DNA of 64,000 nucleotides, taken from positions 77,996,001-78,060,000 of the forward strand of contig CM097886.1 of the NCBI GenBank assembly GCA_044892525.1, written 5' to 3'. The notes under the pieces were generated by a model, which saw nothing but the letters and a program-made list of their open reading frames with translations, searched no databases and had not been told where the DNA came from. This document shows, in pieces, positions 36,962-46,428 of the stretch. Position 1 is the stretch's first letter, and each line of letters starts with the position of its first letter. Made by a program: the position numbers and the translations under genes. Source of the DNA: Schmidtea polychroa. Its lineage: Eukaryota.

Positions 36962-39905
36962 TAGTCAAAGGCACGCTTTGAGTCAGAGTAAGAATTCTAA
37001 TTTTATCACTAACCCAATAACCCAACAATAATTATAATAATAATAACGTGTTTAACGATATTAATGATAGAGATAAATATAATTACAAATCTTATTCATT
37101 TCTAAAAGCTCTTTTCTCTACGTGTGGAAAAGTTGACGTATTCCTTGACAAAGTGTGATTACTTAATTGAATAAATCATAATTCCAATTTCGATGCGAAG
37201 CACATTAAAGGATCTTTAATTAGACATAATGAGAGACAAATTGGACTCAGAGTTAGATCTTCTATCGACAGTCCACCCGTCCACCCATGGTGCGTCAAAG
37301 CATCAACAGTTACTAAAAGGGTGCTTATTTTTTGTTGGCAGTCACTCACTTGGGATTTTACTAACACTGCTTAGAAATGTGTTTCAGGCGCAAAATAACA
37401 AGGTTATATGAGGTTACAACGGAAGCACTAAGTAGGCAACTTCTTATCAATAACCCACCTATTATTTACAAAAATTTTGAGTCTAAGTATATATTGGAAA
37501 ATTAAATACCGTGTTTTGCCTAATAAAAGTCATACTCCCAATACAAGCCCATTGTTCGTTTTTTAAAAAATAAATAATTACAAGCCCTACTCCTATTACA
37601 AATCCTATTTTAATTCATACACCATTTATACGTTTACTTTATTGTATTATTGTTTTTTATAATGATTTTTAAATGTCGTTGATTCAATATTCATTAAGTA
37701 GACATTTTTTAACCCATGAACGCACAGAAGAGTTCCAGAAAGGCTTATACAATAGATTATATGCTTAGAATCTTCAGTGAATCCCGTACATCCGGCATGA
37801 CCCTTGCAAAGTTTTATGCAAAAGTAAATCTTGATCTGCGAGTTGTTCGTCGTTGGAAAGCAGAGGAAGAGAATCTCCAATCGCTAAAGAATGCGGGGAG
37901 ACAGACCAGAGCTCAAGGCGGAGGAAGAAAATTGGTAATTTCTGACATTGAGGAACACATATTTGACTGGATTATCGAGCGCAGATCTAAAAGTTTAGTC
38001 GTAAAGCGTTCTGACATCCAAGAATATGCACTTAGATTGGCACAACAAAATTCTAGTAATCCCGAATCGAGTTTCTCCGCCTCTGGGAAGTGGTTGTCTG
38101 GCTTTATGAAACGATATGACCTCTCATTGAGGCGATCAACGACGCTATTCAAACTGTCCGATGATGATATAGTCGAGGGTACTCTGTCTTATAAAGCTTT
38201 TATTGATAGCTTGGATATATCAAAATATGATCCCGAATTTTGTATTTCAATGGATGAAACGGCCATTTTCTATGGTGAAAGTTCGCAGACAACCATTGAA
38301 ATGCGAGGAGCTTCATTAATAAGAGTTCCATCCACAGGTTATGAAAGTTGCCGACTAACTTGTATACTGGGTGTACGATTAAATGGAACCAAGATATCTC
38401 CCACAGCCATTATTAAGGGGAAAAAGGATACTGTTATAGTTAGGAATGGTTTACATATAATGGAGTCGAAGAAAGCATGGTCCACCCAGGACATTCTCAA
38501 AAAATGGATTGACATCAATTTCCCATTGGTGCTTAGGGGACAAAAAAGAGGTTTGCTAATTTGGGATTCGGCCTCTACGCATCGAGCTACCCAGATGAAA
38601 TCATTTTTGCAGACCAGAAACATTGATCAAGTAATGATTCCGTCGGGGATGACTGGTTATTTGCAACTTATGGATGTGGAATTTCTGGAATTTCATGCCA
38701 TATACGTTCCTGCCTGTCTTATCAAATTGGAAATACGTATCAAAGAATGTACGGTAGATTGCGTTCACAGAGTTCCGGAATATGAAAGTGGAAATAATTA
38801 TTTCGAGAGAATCCTGCTTTCAGGTGAAGTATACTATAATATGACACCAAATTCTCGACTAATTTACTGAAGCATTATATGGATATTTTCCGGGTAACGG
38901 AGAAGTCATTAAGTTCACAAAGACGACTCGATGAACGAATAGTGCGACGCCCTCAATCACTGTGTGAATTCTCAAACACTACTTTCATTTAGTTATACAT
39001 CTATCCTGTCGATCACTGTCTCGCTATCATTTCACTAGAATACTCTGTTTATATAATTTAGTCGCATCTTCAGCAATTGGACCCGTGAAGAAGCCTTCAC
39101 ATTTCGGCCCAATCTAGCTGCGTGATTGAAATACTCCATGTCCACCGGCTGAGCTCCCGAAGGCACATCACACCATGACATGGAGTATCTCAACTCCACG
39201 TTACTCAACAAATAAAAATTCATAAAAGATTTAATGCAATCAATAAAACAGAAATCTAGATAAAAATCATTTATTAATTCTATGATACTCAGACATGTAA
39301 ATTTTGTTAAACATTAAAAATTACTAAATGTGGAATCAAATGAAAAGTTGTTTAATAAAGAATTTACTATAATTCAGCCTTCATAATTACTTTAATGTAA
39401 ACTAAAATTCTAAACAAAAGTTCGGCTTACCAATATACTAGATGCTGAGCTGAGTCAAAAATTCAAATCGAATGTTCCTGAAAATTAGGCTGTTCGCTGT
39501 AAATCTGGATAGTTCTCAAATGTTGTCTCGGTTCCTCGTAGTTTTCTGTAAGTAGTTGCTGTCGTCGGTAAAGTGTTTGAGTTAACTGTGATCTATTGAA
39601 TGTTGAAATTAACGGTCTTTCTAATAAATTTGCTTACCTATTGAATGTTGAAATTAACGGTAAGTTTATGATTTTTATGTCTGCTTATATAGTAATTTTT
39701 GATGTATGCGGACCAATCAGAATTGAGTACCGCTTATTTTCTTAATTTAATTTATTTTTTTCCTGTTTTCTGGTTATTTTTCCCTCCTTTCTTATTTTTA
39801 TTATATTTTTTATTTATTTCTTTAATTTTCTCATTATTTGTTGCATTTTTCAGTACTTTGTTCGTCATTCTATTGTCCTATTTTAATTTTTCTTATTTTT
39901 ATTTT

Positions 39906-40945
39906 TGTTGGGGTTCAGTAGGAACCGGAAATAAACGTTCGAAATTAGATAATAAATAAAATAATAATTAATTACCAAAATTAGGATTAAAATAAAAATA
40001 GTATTTTAAAATTACCAAAAATAGAAATTAAATACTAAAATTAAAATGAAAACATAATTAGTAATAAATAATTACTAAAAATAGAATTGTAGGAATTATT
40101 TAAAATATATAATAAAAATAGTAATTAAACAATTACTATTAATAGAATTACGTAAAATAAATTTGTATAAATAGCAGATAAAAAATTAGATGAAGGGACG
40201 AAGATAGGAGTGAGAAAAAACCGCAGTGACTAAAATTAGGAACCAATTCTATTTATAGTAACGATCAAGTTTCATCAAGTGATAAGAATCGTATCGATTG
40301 AAAGAAAATTAGTTTCGTAAATTTTTGGGAATTTATTTCTGTGCACATAGACAGTTGGATTACAGAAATCGTGATAATTATTGGAAATATCAAATCGATA
40401 GTTAATTTGTGGAATAATTATTGAAACTCTCTTCAGTACTATTTAAGGAATATCAGTTAGTTTTATCAATATTTTAATTATTAATATTTGAATAATTGTA
40501 AAGGTATTTATAAAGGGTTTATTTGCTTTAAATAAATTTAGGGGATATCCTGACGTCAGCACGAATTTTGTGTTGTCTCGTTAGTAATATTTATTAAAAA
40601 GAATTAACCAATTTCTGGGTTAATTCTATAGCGTAAATTTTGGTGATTGTCCCGTTCTCTTTTCCTTTCACCTACATCGGGCTGTTGGCACATTTAGGGC
40701 CAGCCTTGATACTTAGTAACACTCTTCAGGGCGGTTTGAATAACCGTTTTCTATACTTAGAGAAAGCAGCGCGGTGTAACTATATTTATACATATTTAAA
40801 CGTGTAACTAACTTTTAATTGAAAATAAATATTTGAAACATATCTCTTATTTATTTATTTGATTACCTACGCGCATAAATTATTTACTTTGAGTCAGATA
40901 GAACATTTTTGTGTTAGTTCGAAGACATACCCATCGAACCTAACA
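39906..40945 (+). repeat. 5' LTR (1040 bp)
   Basis: TGTTGGGG...CCTAACA; matches 53698-54737 with six substitutions spotted by eye; contains palindromic TGACGTCA (40551-40558) and AATAAA near 40824. Confidence 0.97.
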
Positions 40946-40948
40946 TTT

Positions 40949-40966
40949 TGGTGAGCCCGACGTGAT
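40949..40966 (+). promoter_or_regulatory. Primer binding site complementary to tRNA-Trp 3' end
   Basis: TGGTGAGCCCGACGTGAT, 3 nt after the 5' LTR; its reverse complement ATCACGTCGGGCTCACCA is nearly identical to the animal tRNA-Trp 3' end (ATCACGTCGGGGTCACCA). Confidence 0.85.
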
Positions 40967-41044
40967 AAAATTATCAGCGGGTAGATATTGAATTAAAACA
41001 AAATAGCGTTAGGAACTAGAGCCAGAGTAAAACTGGAAAATCAA

Positions 41045-43696
41045 ATGGCAGAGGAAGCTAATGTAAATGCATTTGCCAGATATCCCGCTCTGCCCGTAAA
41101 GGCATTCAGCGGTGATCCGGGAGAATTCCCAGAGTTTATGTCTGAATATTATCAGATGGCCAAAGCATATGCCTATCCAGATAATATCATGATACAAAGG
41201 CTACCTATATATTTGAAGGGGCTGGCAAGAGAAAAATATAATGACATTATGGCATTACCAATTGCCCAAGTTCCAAAAACATGGGCTGAAATGAGAGAAC
41301 AAATGACTGCTCGAATATTGCCCGGAGATGCGGGAAGAATATTTAGACAACAATTTTATCACCGAAAACAGAATGCCAATGAACATGTAGGGGAATTTGC
41401 ACACCAGCTATCACTAATTGCTGAAAGAGCATTCGGACCAAAAACCACATGGGCAAAGCCCACAGAATTGTTAGTTAAGGATCAGTTATGGGCAGGACTT
41501 ACTCCTACAATGAGGAACGCTCTAATATTACATACTAGTGATGATTTTGATGAATTGACTCGGAAAGCTGTCGTAATTGAAAGCAGCTTGGAAAAGTCAA
41601 CCATGTTCCTCGTAAACAGTGAAAGAACACCCGTAGAATGTTTCAATTGCCATAGAAAAGGGCATATAGCGAAGGATTGTACCAGCAGGAAAATTATGGA
41701 CAATCGCAAAAGTATGCAATGCACCAAATGTGGACGGAATAACCATGGTGCGGAAAATTGTAGAGTACAGAATTTGCAATGCGAAAAATGTAAACGAAAG
41801 GGACATGTTGCTGCGGTCTGCAAGACTAGAAGTCCTCAGAACAGCAATAATTTTAGCACAATTAAAAGAGATGATGTAAATTCATCAGGAAAGATAAAAT
41901 GTCACGGATGTGGGAAATTCGGACATATGATGAGGTCATGTCCTCAGAACCAGAGTGGAAATACGAGTCAGTTCAATAAAAATACCGATAAGGGTAATGT
42001 GAACAAGTCTAAGACCACTTTCATGGTTAACCAGGATCAAGGGTTAACGTATTTGCAACAACTGGAAATGGAAATCCAGGAGGAAAAGAATAGGTTGGCT
42101 AGATTGACCGACCAAGAAGGCACCATCTTCATGGTAGAAGTTGGAAGAGATGAATATCTCAGAAAAAAGGACTCCGTTAGAGAGGACCTTCAGGAAACGG
42201 AATCAGAGGAGAGTTCCGATGATGAACCTAGTATGGCCACCATACTAAGCGAGTTCGATAGAACCTTGCCAGGGAAAGCAAAGGTAAAAGAAGGGTCGGA
42301 TACCCTAACAAAATGTTTAAAACTGGTGGATTCCAGATATGAGTACCAGCAGAAGCTGGCCAGACAATTGGGAAAATTGGGAGAAACAGAAATTAAAATT
42401 CACGAAATCGATACAGTAGTAAAACTGATATCGCAGGTCGAAGATGATCCAAAGTATCATAACGACACGTACAAAATCCTAAGGAAATTAGGAAAACTCT
42501 TGGAACATGAGTGGGATCTCCAAGATGCCCAGCTCAATATAAAACTCCCACAGGATAAAGAGTATAATCTCGATATAAATGTAAGAAGTCGAGCCGATAA
42601 ATTAAAGGAAACATTGACAAGTATTAAGCATCAAGGATATGACTTATACTTATGTGGAATAAAATTAGAAGCAAATCAAACACTTCTACAGAACGGGATA
42701 CTCCCAGGTAGAGTGACAAAGCTCACAGCAAAGAGAGCACAGAAGCCAGTAGCAGTAATGGATCAAGATAGCGTATTCTTGATTACTCAAATGGAAATAG
42801 AGAGATTGGAAGAAACCCAACAATTAACCCAGCGACTAGGGTTGGAATTGCAGAAATCTCCACGAGATGGAGAAACTATAAAGGAAATACTTGACTGGAT
42901 GTTAGTATTGCGTATACCAGTAGATTTGTTGGAAGCAATAATTCCACTTATACTACCAGTGGTAAAGGAAACAAGCCCATTCCAGACGCAAATTGAAGCT
43001 CTGATGAGGAAAAATGGGAAAGCTATCCGAAGTCAGCCTGATAGACAAGGCAACATTAATCTAGACGTGCGAATGATGGGAAAAGAACCATTAACAATGA
43101 TTTATAATTGCTATATCAAGGTTAAAATATTGAGGAGAGATGTAATTGCCACCGATCAAACTACAGGTATATTCCTGATAATGGTCCATGGCAGGCAGGT
43201 GGATGATGATGAATATTTAGTGGATGTGGGTTGTCTACCGCTGGCAACAACCACGGTAATGATCATCCCAGTAACTCCACCAGAGTCCCAGTGGTCATTA
43301 ATGAGACTGCCAGATATAGCAAACGAAATTGCGGAAGAGATTGAGGAAATAAGATTAGAGGAAATTAATCCCTGTCCAATGGTGGACATTGACGAGGAAG
43401 ATTACTTCTCAGAATACGTCAGATTAAATCCAGGAGAAACAAACATAGGAGCTACTACGTCACAAGCAGTAACAAATCTGGAGACTGAAAAACCTCCGGA
43501 GAAAGTGAAAAAAGATGCACGAGGACGTCCTAGAAAGGATCAAATGAAACCTCCACCCAAGGAGCAGTTAAATCCGGAAACGATCCGGAAAATTCAGTTA
43601 AAAACATTAGCAGGGATAGCTCAAGAAATGGACGACCAGGCGGAGATGAGACAACGTCAGAAAGGTCGTTATTGTGGCAACGTATACAAAAAATGA
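41045..43696 (+). CDS. gag: Extended Gag (883 aa): capsid-like domain, four CCHC zinc knuckles, ~550-aa unknown extension with AT-hook-like motif
   Basis: FSGDPGEFPEF, IYLKGLAREKY, KQNANEHVGEF (retrotransposon gag pattern); CFNCHRKGHIAKDC, CTKCGRNNHGAENC, CEKCKRKGHVAAVC, CHGCGKFGHMMRSC; RGRPRK at 43520-43537. Confidence 0.92.
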   Translation: MAEEANVNAFARYPALPVKAFSGDPGEFPEFMSEYYQMAKAYAYPDNIMIQRLPIYLKGLAREKYNDIMALPIAQVPKTWAEMREQMTARILPGDAGRIFRQQFYHRKQNANEHVGEFAHQLSLIAERAFGPKTTWAKPTELLVKDQLWAGLTPTMRNALILHTSDDFDELTRKAVVIESSLEKSTMFLVNSERTPVECFNCHRKGHIAKDCTSRKIMDNRKSMQCTKCGRNNHGAENCRVQNLQCEKCKRKGHVAAVCKTRSPQNSNNFSTIKRDDVNSSGKIKCHGCGKFGHMMRSCPQNQSGNTSQFNKNTDKGNVNKSKTTFMVNQDQGLTYLQQLEMEIQEEKNRLARLTDQEGTIFMVEVGRDEYLRKKDSVREDLQETESEESSDDEPSMATILSEFDRTLPGKAKVKEGSDTLTKCLKLVDSRYEYQQKLARQLGKLGETEIKIHEIDTVVKLISQVEDDPKYHNDTYKILRKLGKLLEHEWDLQDAQLNIKLPQDKEYNLDINVRSRADKLKETLTSIKHQGYDLYLCGIKLEANQTLLQNGILPGRVTKLTAKRAQKPVAVMDQDSVFLITQMEIERLEETQQLTQRLGLELQKSPRDGETIKEILDWMLVLRIPVDLLEAIIPLILPVVKETSPFQTQIEALMRKNGKAIRSQPDRQGNINLDVRMMGKEPLTMIYNCYIKVKILRRDVIATDQTTGIFLIMVHGRQVDDDEYLVDVGCLPLATTTVMIIPVTPPESQWSLMRLPDIANEIAEEIEEIRLEEINPCPMVDIDEEDYFSEYVRLNPGETNIGATTSQAVTNLETEKPPEKVKKDARGRPRKDQMKPPPKEQLNPETIRKIQLKTLAGIAQEMDDQAEMRQRQKGRYCGNVYKK

Positions 43697-46410
43697 TCGG
43701 GATTATCAGGCCCGAATGGAGAATTCCAAAAATCAAGGGAATCGAAGTAAAGAAAATAACAAAAGAGGTCAAGAAGACAATGGACAGAGTATCCAAAGAT
43801 GTATCAACAAGAGATACCCAGGAGGCCATAGAAGCATTCGTGCAGCAAGGGTTAACAAGAGGGAAAGTGGTAACATCTTTATCATTGTTAATCCAAAATG
43901 CCTTAGCCCGGATAGGGGACGATAAAAGGCTTATAGAACGAGAAATCGATCGAATAGTCGAAATGGTAGATTATTACCTAGAGGTATGGATGACCGTAAA
44001 CAAATTGTGGGAAAAGGAAATAATTCCAAAACCACGATTTGAAGTCGTAGAAGAAGCCATAAATAATGGTAGTCCAGGCACCGGAAACATGACAAGCATG
44101 ATCCTGATGTTCCTAGTGATGATGGGCATATTAAAACAAACAAATTCATTAACAGTATTTGACTGTGGAAATCCTAAACTATCTCGGGTATATTCGCTAG
44201 TAGATGCAATCGAGTGCAAAGAGGCGTATCCCGAGAAGGTTCATCAAGGGGAAAAGGTAGAATATTATGTCTACCAAGAGAGTGAATTTTATAGAACCAC
44301 GATAAAGGAATGTAGAGTTCAGAGAGCTACGTTCGAATATTATTGCGGTAGTAATAGCTATTCTGCTTTTCTATCCGCAACATTAATACCAAGGCCGGTA
44401 AACATAATGCCCGAAGATTGCTTAGATGCATTTCGAAAAGGAAGCATGAGGATAGACAACGAGGTATCAATCTCAGCAGAAATAGGGAAAACATTGGGAA
44501 TAACAATCACCCGAGGAGGAACAATTGCCTCAGATGGAACCTGCGAAGGTAGAAAGAAAATTCGCGGTAGCAATCTGGTTTCCTATGTAGTAGACATAGA
44601 AGATTACTCAGTGGAGCTACGAGAATATGAGGGAACATTCGATGTGGCCACAGGAAAATTAATGGCACATCCGCAATGCAATGCCAAGTTCGGTAGTTGT
44701 AAAACGGGAACCACTACGTTAATTTACGAACAAATGAGAGATCATTGTGAGTTGGCTTTCCTCAAGAAAATTCCTTTTAGAAAATTAAATGGAACTAAAT
44801 ATCGGGACTCCCAGAATCCAGAAAAGGTTTGGGATAAAGCAAAAACGCTGAAGAAAATCAACAAACAAGAGAAGGAAGATATCGGAGAGGAAAACACACC
44901 TCTAGTGTTAATATCGGAAGACAAGACGGAAGCAATTCGATTTGTCCGAAAAGATAAAAAGACTAAATGTGGGAAAAGAGTATACGAGACGAACTATAAA
45001 GGAATTTTCCTGTCAAGAGAATATATCCGGAATTCCAAGGTCCTACATGTAAAGGATATCAAAATCACGAATTATATAAATAATAAGGTAGTATATTTAT
45101 ATCATGATCTGCAGGGACAAATGCAAGATATGTATCAAGAAGTGATACTAAACGATTGTAAGCTAAATCGTGAAATAGTCCGAAATAGATTAGCAATATC
45201 TATCGTTAACCCAGAGTTGGTTACTCCAATGTTATTGGAAGATGGAATGTTTGGCAGAATCATGGGAGAAGCTATATATAGCTATGAGTGTAAACCAGTT
45301 GAAGTACAATTAGCCAGATTTAATCAATGCACTCTAGAACTGCCAGTATCTTACCAAGGAAAATTGAGATTTGTTATGCCAGTAACCAGAAAGTTACTTG
45401 AGGAAAACGCTAAACCTCAACCAGCTATATGCAACCCGGCAATATCACCATTATACAAAATAAATGACATGTGGATATCTCTGCCGGAAAGAAAACCATC
45501 TACACAACGGGTAGAGACCTTGGAGGTGACTAAATTAAAAGATAATCTGGAATTCAAGTCACTAGATGAATTAGCAAAAGGAGGGATCTATACTCCCGAC
45601 GATATCGAGGAAGCAAGGAGGACATTGCTATTCCCACAAATCAGAGACAGAGGTATCACGGAAATTATAAGAACAATTTATCATGATAATTTGATACGAC
45701 CAGATTACAATTTATTATTTGGACCGGAACACTATAAAGAAGCAGCAAAGAACGTAATGATGAAAATATGGGGACGATTTACCAATTTTGGTATTTTCGT
45801 CGCGGGATGTTCAGGAATTTACGCAATATTTGTAATTTTAAAGCTGATAATTACACAACTGATGTCAACATATAGCATATTCAAAATTGGAGGATGGTCA
45901 TGGAAACTGCTATTAGGACTATGTCCTATGTGTGCAGAGTTTGCATTATTCAAACATCACAGAAAAGAAATTAAAGAAATTAGACAGAAACACTTGGTCA
46001 AACATGAAGTAATTGGAACAGAAATGGAGGAGTATTCGAGTTATCGGGACGATAACAATTCAAAGGGAGGAGGTAATGGAGGCTCTCGTGAGACATCTTC
46101 AAGATCAAATCAATCACGAAAACAGAACTACAACAAAAAACCGAATCAGCAACAAAGAAAATCGAGATTCAAGGAATATCTTCCTCCATATGACCAATCA
46201 AAGGAAATCTATGTGAGAAAACAGTCCTCAGAAGGAGAATATGACAGTTCCGACCAAAAATTCGACATAAGGTCACCCAGATTCAAGAGAAGTCCAAGAT
46301 ATGTACAATTGCCAACTTTGAGGAGTTTACCATCCGCACCAAACGAAGGGCGGGAACATTCCAGGGAAACAACACTCAGAACAGGACGACACCAATGGAA
46401 AATCGGTTAA
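43672..46410 (+). CDS. env: Env-like glycoprotein, chuvirus/gB-like (class III fusogen) family; frame open from 43534
   Basis: Signal-like segment MTSMILMFLVMMGILKQTNS (44089-44148) then LTVFDC..P...YSLVDAIEC, ECRVQR..FEYYCG, EDC, GTIASDGTCEG, LNDCKL, EGMFGRIMGEAIYSYECKPVEV, CTLELPV, RFVMPVTRKL, CNPAISPLYKINDMW; TM region IWGRFTNFGIFVAGCSGIYAIFVIL (about 45766-45870) and a second hydrophobic stretch. Confidence 0.8.
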   Translation: MWQRIQKMIGIIRPEWRIPKIKGIEVKKITKEVKKTMDRVSKDVSTRDTQEAIEAFVQQGLTRGKVVTSLSLLIQNALARIGDDKRLIEREIDRIVEMVDYYLEVWMTVNKLWEKEIIPKPRFEVVEEAINNGSPGTGNMTSMILMFLVMMGILKQTNSLTVFDCGNPKLSRVYSLVDAIECKEAYPEKVHQGEKVEYYVYQESEFYRTTIKECRVQRATFEYYCGSNSYSAFLSATLIPRPVNIMPEDCLDAFRKGSMRIDNEVSISAEIGKTLGITITRGGTIASDGTCEGRKKIRGSNLVSYVVDIEDYSVELREYEGTFDVATGKLMAHPQCNAKFGSCKTGTTTLIYEQMRDHCELAFLKKIPFRKLNGTKYRDSQNPEKVWDKAKTLKKINKQEKEDIGEENTPLVLISEDKTEAIRFVRKDKKTKCGKRVYETNYKGIFLSREYIRNSKVLHVKDIKITNYINNKVVYLYHDLQGQMQDMYQEVILNDCKLNREIVRNRLAISIVNPELVTPMLLEDGMFGRIMGEAIYSYECKPVEVQLARFNQCTLELPVSYQGKLRFVMPVTRKLLEENAKPQPAICNPAISPLYKINDMWISLPERKPSTQRVETLEVTKLKDNLEFKSLDELAKGGIYTPDDIEEARRTLLFPQIRDRGITEIIRTIYHDNLIRPDYNLLFGPEHYKEAAKNVMMKIWGRFTNFGIFVAGCSGIYAIFVILKLIITQLMSTYSIFKIGGWSWKLLLGLCPMCAEFALFKHHRKEIKEIRQKHLVKHEVIGTEMEEYSSYRDDNNSKGGGNGGSRETSSRSNQSRKQNYNKKPNQQQRKSRFKEYLPPYDQSKEIYVRKQSSEGEYDSSDQKFDIRSPRFKRSPRYVQLPTLRSLPSAPNEGREHSRETTLRTGRHQWKIG

Positions 46411-46428
46411 GATACCATATTTAATAAT

